Source: Thermoproteota archaeon
GTDB lineage: Archaea; Korarchaeota; Korarchaeia; Korarchaeales; Korarchaeaceae
NCBI GenBank assembly: GCA_027491735.1
Contig: JAOZGP010000034.1
Coordinates: 1-49,305, forward strand
DNA: 49,305 bases
Direction of reading: 5' to 3'
Shown here: positions 9,301 to 20,279 of the stretch, one piece after another
How the letters are laid out: every line of letters begins with the position of its first letter
Numbering within the stretch: position 1 is the first letter of the stretch
The notes under the pieces: model-generated
Database searches by the model: none
Seen by the model: only the letters and a program-made list of their open reading frames with translations
Told to the model about the DNA's origin: nothing
Translations under genes and position numbers: made by a program

Positions 9301-9341
9301 GCTGTGCAAACTTTTTCAATTTTTGTGAGAAGGAGAAGTGA

Positions 9342-11579
<2,238 letters not shown>

Positions 11580-11600
11580 TGGAGGGATCGTCCTGATAAA

Positions 11601-11620
11601 TCTTTTTAATCCTCCTTTTT
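11601..11620 (+). terminator. Probable oligo-T terminator of cdc48 (may overlap the next promoter)
   Basis: TCTTTTTAATCCTCCTTTTT just after the stop codon. Confidence 0.35.
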
Positions 11621-11635
11621 ACCCGAGTCTCGGGG

Positions 11636-12670
11636 ATGAGCATAGCAGCCGACGAACTTGCCGAGCTCTACGGCATGAGATTTGAACTCGTAAGGCCAGC
11701 CGTAGTTGATGGAAAAAGGATCCCAGGGCTTTACATAGTTGATTTAGAATTTAAGAGGGATTTTCTCCGACAATACGTCTTAGTTTGCGCTGCAGCATTG
11801 AAGGTCGCTGCACATCCTCACATCGTCCTGGATGAGTTTCATGAGAGCATGAAGGAAACCGCTAGACTGGCGGTAGACGCGCTGAGGAGGCTAGGGACCA
11901 TAGGGGAAAACATCGTATTTTATCACATCCTGAGGGCTGCTCCGGGTTATCATCTACATGATGCCCTGAGGGAGAAGGGCTTCAGGTTCAAAGAGGTCTT
12001 CATAAGGCCTCAATACGTTGTCAGCTCCTACGCTGACCACACATCTCAGGTTGTTGAGGACTTCCGCATAACTTTCGAGGATTTCTCAAAACTGCCCAGA
12101 GGGAAGATAGATGTCTTCAAGCCGGATACTGAGGCAACAGGTAGGACAGCTCTTGTCTCCTTGGAGAGACTGAGGATGGAATGCGAGTCCAAGGACTGTG
12201 CATTGGGGAGACTTGTTCTGTACGGCTACATCTCTGAGGACTCTCTGAAGGAGATAAGCAGAAGGGCTGACCTGATGGGATTTGAGGAGATAATCTCCAT
12301 AGCTTTGGTAGATCTTCCCAAACTAGCCTCAAATAACTATGATATGCCTGCCTTCGGGCCGGATTTGGCTTTGTGGAGGAAAGAGGAGCGGCTTAAGTAC
12401 CTCGGATCTATAATGGACAGGAGGACCTTTGAGAGAATGCTCACGGAGTACGTCCCAGGGATGGATCAACCTGGAGACTTTAGTGAGAGGCAAAAGCTCA
12501 TCTACAATGGACACAGATGGACCAGAGGAGACGTTCTATGGCATCTAAGAAGATGTGAAGAGGAGATAAGAAATATCATGGAAATACCAGGATGTCTCCG
12601 TGATTTTCAGAAGAAGGCTGCTGAGAGGGAGATAAGAAATATATACAAAGTTATGGAGGCTATAAGATGA
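11636..12670 (+). CDS. Divergent type I phosphoribosyltransferase, uracil PRTase-like
   Basis: HILRAAPG (cf. PILRAG), FKPDTEATGRT (cf. DPMLATGGS), YVPGMDQPGDFSER (cf. YIVPGLGDFGDR). Confidence 0.5.
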   Translation: MSIAADELAELYGMRFELVRPAVVDGKRIPGLYIVDLEFKRDFLRQYVLVCAAALKVAAHPHIVLDEFHESMKETARLAVDALRRLGTIGENIVFYHILRAAPGYHLHDALREKGFRFKEVFIRPQYVVSSYADHTSQVVEDFRITFEDFSKLPRGKIDVFKPDTEATGRTALVSLERLRMECESKDCALGRLVLYGYISEDSLKEISRRADLMGFEEIISIALVDLPKLASNNYDMPAFGPDLALWRKEERLKYLGSIMDRRTFERMLTEYVPGMDQPGDFSERQKLIYNGHRWTRGDVLWHLRRCEEEIRNIMEIPGCLRDFQKKAAEREIRNIYKVMEAIR

Positions 12671-13221
12671 TACTCTCTGATAGGGATCTACTGGCCGAGA
12701 TCGAGAGAGGGAGAATCATAATAGAACCTTTCTTGAGAGATCACCTAGGACCCTGCTCAGTGGACCTAACCTTGAGCGATGAGTTCGCCATCTTCGAACC
12801 CCAGAAGATGATAGATCCTGAATCCAACAGGGAGAAGGTTCATCTGAAGATCATCAGAACTGAAGGGAAGAAGTTCAGGATAAGGGCAGGGGAGTTCGTC
12901 CTGGCGTCCACCCGGGAGAGGATAGCTCTCTCCAAGGAATTCGCCGCGACTTTGGAGGGCTTAAGCAGCCTCGCTAGAGTAGGCATAGTAGTGCATGCTG
13001 CAGGGCTTGTAAATCCAGGCACTGGGCTCAAGAATCCCGTACCTCTCGTGCTTGAGATCTCCAACAGAGGCAGCTCGGATGTGTTGCTCACCCCGGGAAT
13101 GAGGATAGTTCAGATCATGTTTCACAAGCTTTCATCCCCAGCAATGGTTGGTTACGATGAGAGGAGTAGTTCCAGATTCGTGGGGCAGAGAGGACCTGTG
13201 TTGTGGAAGGGAGAGATATGA
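12667..13221 (+). CDS. dcd: dCTP deaminase family protein (atypical active site)
   Basis: MILSDRDL, PCSVDLTL, EFVLASTRE, SSLARVG, LEISN, PGMRIVQ. Confidence 0.85.
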   Translation: MILSDRDLLAEIERGRIIIEPFLRDHLGPCSVDLTLSDEFAIFEPQKMIDPESNREKVHLKIIRTEGKKFRIRAGEFVLASTRERIALSKEFAATLEGLSSLARVGIVVHAAGLVNPGTGLKNPVPLVLEISNRGSSDVLLTPGMRIVQIMFHKLSSPAMVGYDERSSSRFVGQRGPVLWKGEI

Positions 13222-14003
13222 CGTTTCGGGATGAGGACGGCAGGTTTCATCACATAAAGGTGTATGAGGGAGAGCTTCCTAATCGGATGCTGCTCCCGGG
13301 GTCCAGGCCCAGAGTCAAAAAGATATCTGAGAGGCTTGATGATTCGAGAGTTCTAGCTGATGATAGACAGCTTGTTGTGGAAGGGTATTACAAGGGGATC
13401 AGGATAGGGGCTGTGGACACGGGGATGGGTCCTAGCTCAGCAGCCATAGTGGTCAGGGAGGTCATAGAGGCAATCGATTATGAGAGAGGAGAGGCTTACC
13501 TCATAAGGCCCGGTACGTCTGGCAGCCTACAGCCTTATGTGAAGGTAGGGGATCTCGTTGTCTCCACGGCTGTGGTAGCTGACGAGGATGTTTCATGGAG
13601 AATAGTCGGATCTGGATTTCCCTTGGTCTCGGACCCTAACATAGCATCGGCCCTGGTCTCCGCCGCTGAGGAGGCAGGATATAAGTTGGGGGACAACCTT
13701 CACGTGGGGGTTACTCACGCGAAGAGTGCCCTATATGAGTTCGAGGAGCCAGAGGTATCCGCCTTTCCTGAGAAGTGCAGATCTAGGTTGGAGCAGCTCA
13801 CCCGTATGGGGGTCCTCTGCACGGAGATGGAGCTCTCCGTCATATTGGCGCTGGCCTCATGGTACAACGCTCTCTCAAGGGAGAGGATCGTTAAGGCGGG
13901 AGGGGTGTTTTTGGTTCTCTCCCCGTATGAGGGAGGGAAGTTCGGAGCTCCCCCTGAGGATGACCTCATAGATATATCCCTAGAGGCCCTAGTCTCTATT
14001 TAG
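13218..14003 (+). CDS. Uridine/purine nucleoside phosphorylase (PNP_UDP_1 family)
   Basis: LLPGS-x2-RV, TGMGPSSAAI, IRPGTSGSLQ, EME; ATG overlaps the dcd stop. Confidence 0.85.
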   Translation: MTFRDEDGRFHHIKVYEGELPNRMLLPGSRPRVKKISERLDDSRVLADDRQLVVEGYYKGIRIGAVDTGMGPSSAAIVVREVIEAIDYERGEAYLIRPGTSGSLQPYVKVGDLVVSTAVVADEDVSWRIVGSGFPLVSDPNIASALVSAAEEAGYKLGDNLHVGVTHAKSALYEFEEPEVSAFPEKCRSRLEQLTRMGVLCTEMELSVILALASWYNALSRERIVKAGGVFLVLSPYEGGKFGAPPEDDLIDISLEALVSI

Positions 14004-14007
14004 TCCC

Positions 14008-14751
14008 TTAGTCCATGTATCTTCCACCGTTTATGTTTATGACCTCCCCATTGACGTGATCGTTTTCTATTAGAAACACCACGGCATGGGCCACCTCCTC
14101 CGGTTCTGCAACCCTTCCCTGAGGAGAAAGCTTGGCCAGCTTCTCAAGAAGGTCATTCGGCAGGAAAGATGTCCTCACTGGTCCTGGAGCTACAGCATTG
14201 ACTGTTATCCCATGGCAAGCCAGCTCTCTAGCGAGGGATCTAGTCATCCCTATGAGCCCGGCCTTTGACGCGGCGTAAGCTACTCCAACAGTCCCTCCAT
14301 TCTTGCCCGCTATTGAGGAGATGTAGATTATCTTCCCTCTCCTCCTCTCCATCATATGGGGCACGATCACTTTGGTCATGAGAAAGGCGCCCTTCAGGTT
14401 CACAGAGAGTATCCTGTCCCATTCCTCTTCTGTTATGTCTGTTATGGCGTAGCTCCTCGGAAACACCCCGGCATTGTTGACCAGGATGTCTACCGAGCCG
14501 AAGTTTCTCAAAGCTTCCTTGAAGATCCATCTGCATTCTTCCATCTTGGACACATCCCCTCTGACAGCCACGGCCTTTCCGCCGATTTTTCTAATTTTTT
14601 CAACGACCTTCGAGGCGGAGGTCTCATCCCTTACATAGTTGACAAGAACATTTGCACCCTTCTCGGCCAGAGCCAGGGATATCGCTCTACCTATTCCTCT
14701 CCCTCCTCCTGTAACTATGGCATTGCAGTCCTCTATCATCAACCTCATCAC
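14008..14751 (-). CDS. fabG: SDR oxidoreductase, FabG-like
   Basis: TGGGRGIG, NNAG, YAASK, VNAVAPG, INGG. Confidence 0.88.
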   Translation of the reverse strand: MMRLMIEDCNAIVTGGGRGIGRAISLALAEKGANVLVNYVRDETSASKVVEKIRKIGGKAVAVRGDVSKMEECRWIFKEALRNFGSVDILVNNAGVFPRSYAITDITEEEWDRILSVNLKGAFLMTKVIVPHMMERRRGKIIYISSIAGKNGGTVGVAYAASKAGLIGMTRSLARELACHGITVNAVAPGPVRTSFLPNDLLEKLAKLSPQGRVAEPEEVAHAVVFLIENDHVNGEVININGGRYMD

Positions 14752-15656
14752 CTTCCCGGAAGTTTACGTTGTTGAGAAGAACCTAACATTTAATGTCTTG
14801 CGACATGAGATTGAACTCTTATCCTCTGCTGCTGAATCTGATCTCGAAGATTCTGGAAGAGGTATCAGATATCAAGGGAATCGACAGGAGAATAGAGTAA
14901 TATCATCGCTGGGAGATCTAGAAAGCTTAGCGGTAGTTAAGACTCTCAAGTTCTCCTTCTCCTAGCTCTCCGGAAGGAATGTCATCTCAAGAACTTCTTA
15001 AACCAATCGAGGAAATCGGGGCGCTGAGCTCTCTTGTTGAGATGAAGTACTTGGGAGGTATCCGCTGGCACTGGCTAACCTGAGGTTCGCTATAAGGTAC
15101 ATGGGAGATCCTAGGAACAGAGCAGGAAAGGATGGACAACGCCGCTTCCTCCTTGGGATGCAATCTGGTTGAGGCATTGAGCGTCAAGAAACTTAGTGAG
15201 AACTTTATTCGAGACGGAAATGTAGGAAAGGAGAAGAGAACTTCCAACGTCGCCACGAACGTATCCATCAACAGAAGGAAGACATCCTGCTTTTATGTTC
15301 TTTCTCCTAGAAAGTTCAGCTCGTTTGTGAAAGATGGAATTTGTGAATGGTTCAGTTAAGGAGAAAGATTGTTTTGAATGAAAAAGATTAAGTTTTCAGA
15401 CAACCGTTCTGGTTCTCCGCTACTTTTCCAGTCCTATACAACTTCATTTCCATCTATAAAATGCAACAAGTATTTAAATATTACGAATACAATATTATAC
15501 GTTTCTGCCCCTTCAAGAACACTGAAACCGCCCTGAGTTCCTTCGAGAGTTTAAGGTTTAGCTGATAAGCTAAAACATTGAACTTTCATCATGCTGATGT
15601 CCATTTTTGAATCCAAAAATTAATATTTTCTCTAGGTGAGTTTTGAGCGATCCGCC

Positions 15657-16469
15657 ATGCTGATAGGTCTTCTGGTAGCCAAATATTTCTCCTACTTGGC
15701 GGTGGTGATCTTCGCAATCGTGTCCATCATCAAAGTCTCAAGATACGCCTCTATGCCGCTTCACCTCAGATGGGAGCTTTATCCTGTCCCTCATGAGGAG
15801 GGAGGACTACCCAAGGAGCTGAAGGAGATGTTCACAGAGATGCTTACGATGAAGAGAATCTTCGAGAACAGAAGGGGCCTCTGGTACTTCGCTTATGCAT
15901 ATCATGGAGGTATATACTTGATATTGCTCTGGGCTGTCCTGCTGCTGATAGGCGGAGTCTCCGATCTACTCGCACCCGGAGCACTTCCAGGAGGATACCA
16001 GTACCTGATAGCAGTTGTCGGGGGATTGGGGATGATATCCATCACGGTTGGGACCCTCGCTCTCTTGATCCAGAGATTGACAGATGAGGAGTACAAGGTC
16101 TACAACGCACCAGTGGACTATCTCAACCTACTCTTTGCCTTTATAGTCGCCCTGACCGGACTTCTCTCCTGGATCCTGGTCGATCCGATGTTGATATCCC
16201 CTAGGGAATACATCGCTTCTCTGATATCCTTTGGTGCCTCAAACCTTCCTGCTGTCGTGGTATCCAATCCACTGGTCATACTTCATCTGGCTCTGTTGGA
16301 GCTGTTCATAGCATATGTGCCCTTCACAAGGATGCTTCACTTCTTTGGCAAGTACTTCATGTACCACAAGATCATGTGGGATACCCAACCCGGACTCACT
16401 GGAGACATAGACTACGAGATCTCCTGGGAGCAGGAGAAAGGTAAAAAGTGGAGGGATCTCTATGAATAG
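15657..16469 (+). CDS. dsrM: DsrM/HmeC-like (NarI family) membrane b-type cytochrome
   Basis: PLHLRWELYPVP, YHGG, multiple TM helices, ILHL and PFTRMLH heme ligands; alternative start 15636. Confidence 0.8.
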   Translation: MLIGLLVAKYFSYLAVVIFAIVSIIKVSRYASMPLHLRWELYPVPHEEGGLPKELKEMFTEMLTMKRIFENRRGLWYFAYAYHGGIYLILLWAVLLLIGGVSDLLAPGALPGGYQYLIAVVGGLGMISITVGTLALLIQRLTDEEYKVYNAPVDYLNLLFAFIVALTGLLSWILVDPMLISPREYIASLISFGASNLPAVVVSNPLVILHLALLELFIAYVPFTRMLHFFGKYFMYHKIMWDTQPGLTGDIDYEISWEQEKGKKWRDLYE

Positions 16470-18051
16470 GAAAGTAGTTCGTATTACCGATCTTAGCAAG
16501 CCCTCCGATGAGCCCCTGGTTAGGATAGCTCAGGAGGATCTCATGCCAGTTCCCCACCTCGAGGAGGAGCCAGAGCTCAATCCGAACATAGAGAAGTACA
16601 AGGAGAACTATGATGTAACTCTCGATGGATACTTGGCGATAGGAGTTCCGAAGGAAGTGGAGGAGAAGGCGCTTGTCGAGAGGTTCCTGAACGGGCTAAG
16701 GAAGCTCTTCTCTAAGAACGATAACTGGACCTTTCTCCAGCCGCTAGCTCTGTACACAGATTACTGTGCTAAGTGCAGGACGTGTGTGGATGCTTGTCCT
16801 ATCTACATCTCCAGTGGGAGAAAGAACATTTACGAGCCACCATTCAGAGCCGAGATCCTAAGAAGGTTATACAGAAAGTATTTGACATCCTCAGGAAAGA
16901 CCTTCGGCAGTTTCGTGACCGGAGAGGTGGAGCTCAATGCCAATCTGATAAGAAGGCTGGCTGAGCTATCCTACAGATGCACAATATGCAGGAGGTGTGC
17001 GCAGATATGTCCTATGGGGGTTGACAACGGCCTCATAACCCATGAGCTGAGGAAGCTCTTCAGTCAAGAGCTTGGGATACATCCGAAGGAGTTGCACGAT
17101 AAGGGTACGGTTCAACAGTTAAAAGTGGGTTCCTCGACGGGGATGAACCCAGATGCTTTTAAGGGCTTGGTTTCCTTCATGGAGGAGGACATAAAGGACC
17201 GAATCGGGCTAGACGTTAAGATGCCTTTGGATGAGAAAGGGGTTGATTATTTAGTCATCCACAACGCCGGAGAGTTCCTCTCATGGCCTGAGAATCCTGA
17301 GGCGTTTGCCGTAATATTTGAAAGAGCGGGAGTTAGCTGGACGCTCAGCAGTGAGCAGGTCGGTTATGATGCGGTGAACTACGGAGTGTGGTACAACGAC
17401 CTTCAGCTGACCAAGCTGATAAACCGCACGTTTGAGATAGCTAACAAGCTCGATGTCAAGGAGATAATAATAGGTGAGTGTGGTCACGCCACGAAGGCCT
17501 ACTACGTGGTAGCCGAGAGAATAGTACCCAGCGATAAGAAGATCCCTGTCAAAAGCTGTCTTCAGATCTTTGATGAGATAATAAACAGTGGAAAGCTTGA
17601 TCTGGATCCCAGCAGAAATGACTTCCCGATAACCCTCCACGATCCGTGTAACATGGTGAGATTGTCCGGTATAGTAGAGCCACAGAGGAGGATCCTCAGA
17701 AAGTGTACGAAGGACTTTAGGGAGATGAATCCAAACAAGGAGATGAACTATTGCTGTGGAGGGGGCTCGGGCTTCGCCATAATGCCCTCCTACAACTTCA
17801 ATGAGTGGAAAATGAAGGTCTCAGGGAGGATGAAGGTCAAGCAGATACTCAGTGCGTTCAGCGATGTGTTGGATAGGGATGTGGTCAAGTACGTGTGCGC
17901 TCCCTGCTCGAACTGTAAGGGGCAGATAAGAGACCTTATAAGGTACTACGATCTCTGGAAGAAGTATAAGATAACCTACGGTGGACTAGCTGAGCTTATA
18001 GTGAACGCAATGCCGGACATACCGGGGTTCTTGGAGTTCGAGTTCCACTAA
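16462..18051 (+). CDS. dsrK: DsrK/HmeD-like Fe-S heterodisulfide reductase-type subunit
   Basis: Two CxxCxxCxxxCP motifs, GECGH, HDPCN, CCGGGSG, APCSNC; overlaps the DsrM-like gene. Confidence 0.85.
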   Translation: MNRKVVRITDLSKPSDEPLVRIAQEDLMPVPHLEEEPELNPNIEKYKENYDVTLDGYLAIGVPKEVEEKALVERFLNGLRKLFSKNDNWTFLQPLALYTDYCAKCRTCVDACPIYISSGRKNIYEPPFRAEILRRLYRKYLTSSGKTFGSFVTGEVELNANLIRRLAELSYRCTICRRCAQICPMGVDNGLITHELRKLFSQELGIHPKELHDKGTVQQLKVGSSTGMNPDAFKGLVSFMEEDIKDRIGLDVKMPLDEKGVDYLVIHNAGEFLSWPENPEAFAVIFERAGVSWTLSSEQVGYDAVNYGVWYNDLQLTKLINRTFEIANKLDVKEIIIGECGHATKAYYVVAERIVPSDKKIPVKSCLQIFDEIINSGKLDLDPSRNDFPITLHDPCNMVRLSGIVEPQRRILRKCTKDFREMNPNKEMNYCCGGGSGFAIMPSYNFNEWKMKVSGRMKVKQILSAFSDVLDRDVVKYVCAPCSNCKGQIRDLIRYYDLWKKYKITYGGLAELIVNAMPDIPGFLEFEFH

Positions 18052-18184
18052 GCAATCCCCTCATTTTTTCATCGGGAACATGTCGGTCAGCACCCAAGGC
18101 AGCCAGTCCATCAAGTCCTCCTGGAGAATCAGCTGAACATTTATAAGATATGCTTTGGATTATTTCCAGCAGGTGAAAGGTTTA

Positions 18185-18373
18185 GTGCCCAGGAGGAGGG
18201 GTAGGAAGACCACTAGTAAAAAGGTAGAAGAAAAGGCAAAAACTGCTGAAGTTCCTTCTAAGGAGGAAAAAGCTGTTGAAGTTAAGAAATCTGAAGAAAT
18301 AAAGAGATCTAAAAAGACTAGAACCAAGGGGTGCGGAAAGAGGTCAAGGAAGAGGACGAAAACAAAAAAGTGA
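18185..18373 (+). CDS. Small Lys/Arg-rich basic protein
   Basis: 62 aa from GTG, GGTGA RBS, TTTATAAG at 18140-18147; about 27 K+R residues. Confidence 0.6.
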   Translation: MPRRRGRKTTSKKVEEKAKTAEVPSKEEKAVEVKKSEEIKRSKKTRTKGCGKRSRKRTKTKK

Positions 18374-18389
18374 GATGATGTGGAGGACT

Positions 18390-18554
18390 CTACTGGCTCT
18401 CCATCTGGCTCCTGAGGGCGTTTATTCTCTCCTCTATCATTTTTAGTTGTGCTTCCAGGAGCTTCTTATAGCTCTCAAGCATTGCTAGTTCAAACTCAGG
18501 TTCGTACCATGGGCTCCAATACCACCACGGCCTGTACCATCCAGGCCACCACAT
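18390..18554 (-). CDS. DUF5320-like coiled-coil small protein (54 aa, not in ORF track)
   Basis: MWWPGWYRPWWYWSPWYEPEFELAMLESYKKLLEAQLKMIEERINALRSQMESQ; GGTGA RBS overlaps the upstream stop. Confidence 0.7.
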   Translation of the reverse strand: MWWPGWYRPWWYWSPWYEPEFELAMLESYKKLLEAQLKMIEERINALRSQMESQ

Positions 18555-18560
18555 CAGGCA

Positions 18561-18755
18561 TCACCATGGGTAGTACCAGTAGTAGTATGGATAGCTGCTC
18601 CAGTACCAATAGCTCCAAGGTCCGAAAAGCCACCAACAAGCTCCTCTTCCGAAGACCCATCCAGGCCTCATCCACGGAGGCAGAAAGCTAAATGGTCCCC
18701 TTCCTGGCCAGGGACTCCACCAGCCTCTGCCTCCCCACCCGCCTCTCCATCCCAT
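18561..18755 (-). CDS. Gly/Trp/Tyr-rich small protein, DUF5320 N-terminal-like
   Basis: WPGRGPFSFLPPWMRPGWVFGRGACW; GGAGGTGA RBS at 18760-18767. Confidence 0.75.
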   Translation of the reverse strand: MGWRGGWGGRGWWSPWPGRGPFSFLPPWMRPGWVFGRGACWWLFGPWSYWYWSSYPYYYWYYPW

Positions 18756-18775
18756 AATATCACCTCCAATATTTA

Positions 18776-18803
18776 TGTGCTATAGCACACAATGTATATA
18801 AAG
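18776..18803 (-). promoter_or_regulatory. Promoter with perfect 14-bp palindromic operator
   Basis: TGTGCTATAGCACA (18776-18789) just downstream of minus-strand TTTATATA. Confidence 0.65.
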
Positions 18804-18815
18804 CTTTTGGTTAGG

Positions 18816-19625
18816 CTAATGAATTGGAGAACGAGAAGACCTGATCACCTTCGCTCCTTTCTCTCTGAGAAGGGTTGCTAGTTCTTCTTCAACTTTCTCC
18901 AAGATTTTCATGGCTTCTTTCCTGGATTTAGAGCTTAGTTGTATATGAATCCTCTGAACAGGAGCCTCGAGCTCTTTTCCTGATGGGTGGCTCTTTATGT
19001 ATACCCTAGGATGCCTCATCATCACTCTATCTATTACGGGAGCTATCGAGGACTCGGGGAGCCCTTTAGATGTGATCTCAACCTCGAAGAACTCAATCTC
19101 TGGTCCCATCCTCTTCAGAAAGGGCTCCACGTGCTCCTCGAATATCGCCTTCATCTCGGATGGAACACCTGGGAGCGCAAATATGTAGGTCTCACCGACC
19201 TTCAGTCTGATCCCAGGAGCTGTTCCAACAGGGTTGGGAAGCGGTTTGGCTCCCTCAGGCATCATAGCCATCTTAATCCTATAATCGTTCATTTCAAGAC
19301 CAGCAGAAGAATATTTCTTGGAGACAAGGTGAAGAGCTTCATCGTTCACCATGTATCGGAGTCCAAAGGCCTTGGATAGACATTCAGAGGTCTTGTCGTC
19401 AAACGTAGGACCGAGGCCTCCCGTGCTTACCACCACTTTGGCCCCGGAGCTGGTGGCCAATCGAAAGGCCCAAGCCACCTCCTCGCAGTCGTCTTTAACT
19501 ATTAAACCTCTTCTGACGTTGAAACCCAAATAGGTGAGCTTCTTTCCGAGCCAAGCGAGATTGGAGTTGATCACTCGACCTATGAGCAGCTCATTTCCTA
19601 TGCTCACTATCCAAGCGCCATGCAT
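18816..19625 (-). CDS. CinA-like molybdopterin-binding domain protein (NMN deamidase-related)
   Basis: IGNELLIG, TGGLGPTFDDKT, NPVGTAPG, LPGVPSEM, YIKSHP. Confidence 0.88.
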   Translation of the reverse strand: MHGAWIVSIGNELLIGRVINSNLAWLGKKLTYLGFNVRRGLIVKDDCEEVAWAFRLATSSGAKVVVSTGGLGPTFDDKTSECLSKAFGLRYMVNDEALHLVSKKYSSAGLEMNDYRIKMAMMPEGAKPLPNPVGTAPGIRLKVGETYIFALPGVPSEMKAIFEEHVEPFLKRMGPEIEFFEVEITSKGLPESSIAPVIDRVMMRHPRVYIKSHPSGKELEAPVQRIHIQLSSKSRKEAMKILEKVEEELATLLREKGAKVIRSSRSPIH

Positions 19626-19650
19626 GCTTCCATCGCCATCCTGACAAGAA

Positions 19651-20211
19651 TTAAAGGTTCTCTTGAAGCATTTCAGTAAGCCTCCTGATCCTCACCTTGG
19701 ACCTTACAAGCAGACGGTTTGCTCTGTCAACTACTCTGGGCAGAACGTCCCCGGGCACAACAATTCTTCTGTCCAAGATCAAAGGAACGTCCATCCTCTC
19801 AGTCCCCTGAACTTCAATGTTGACCTTGAAGTTCTTTGCCGAGTTTATCCCTCCCCTCTTGAACCCCGACCTTCTGGCTGTCGATATGAAAAGGAGGGCG
19901 GATCTCATGTCACGAGCCGATACGTGAAGGATAGGCGGAAGCATTGCCATCCATAGGTTGTCCCCATTTAATACCAGTTCCTCAACCTCTACCGGCCTGT
20001 GCCACTTTTTTACGGTCCTCAGTCCGAACTTCGTTCCGGGAAGTTCAGTCTCGTAGAGCTGGATCCTTCCACTACACGAGCTGGTTGTGAACAAGTCTGT
20101 CCTGTTGTTTATCGCTCTCAGTAGATCCAGCATGTCATCATCAATCCTGCCTGCCTTGATATGATCCTCCAACATCGCTAATGCTCGTTTTTTAGCTTCA
20201 GACCAGCCCAT
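19651..20211 (-). CDS. taw3: tRNA wybutosine pathway methyltransferase Taw3/TYW3
   Basis: FTTSSCSGRI, KWH, PPILHV, SGFKRGG. Confidence 0.9.
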   Translation of the reverse strand: MGWSEAKKRALAMLEDHIKAGRIDDDMLDLLRAINNRTDLFTTSSCSGRIQLYETELPGTKFGLRTVKKWHRPVEVEELVLNGDNLWMAMLPPILHVSARDMRSALLFISTARRSGFKRGGINSAKNFKVNIEVQGTERMDVPLILDRRIVVPGDVLPRVVDRANRLLVRSKVRIRRLTEMLQENL

Positions 20212-20279
20212 TGATCTTTTCCATCTTCTGGGAGATAAAAGTTTGAGTTTTTCCTTCGATGATAAAGCAGGGTGATCTG

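Noticed and set aside
18561-18563. Selenocysteine codon
   Set aside because: No recognisable SECIS or redox motif, and an RBS explains independent initiation; kept only as an open read-through question.
18449-18691. 80-aa Thr/Ser-rich + strand ORF
   Set aside because: Antisense to the Trp/Gly-rich genes, which have the RBS and promoter.
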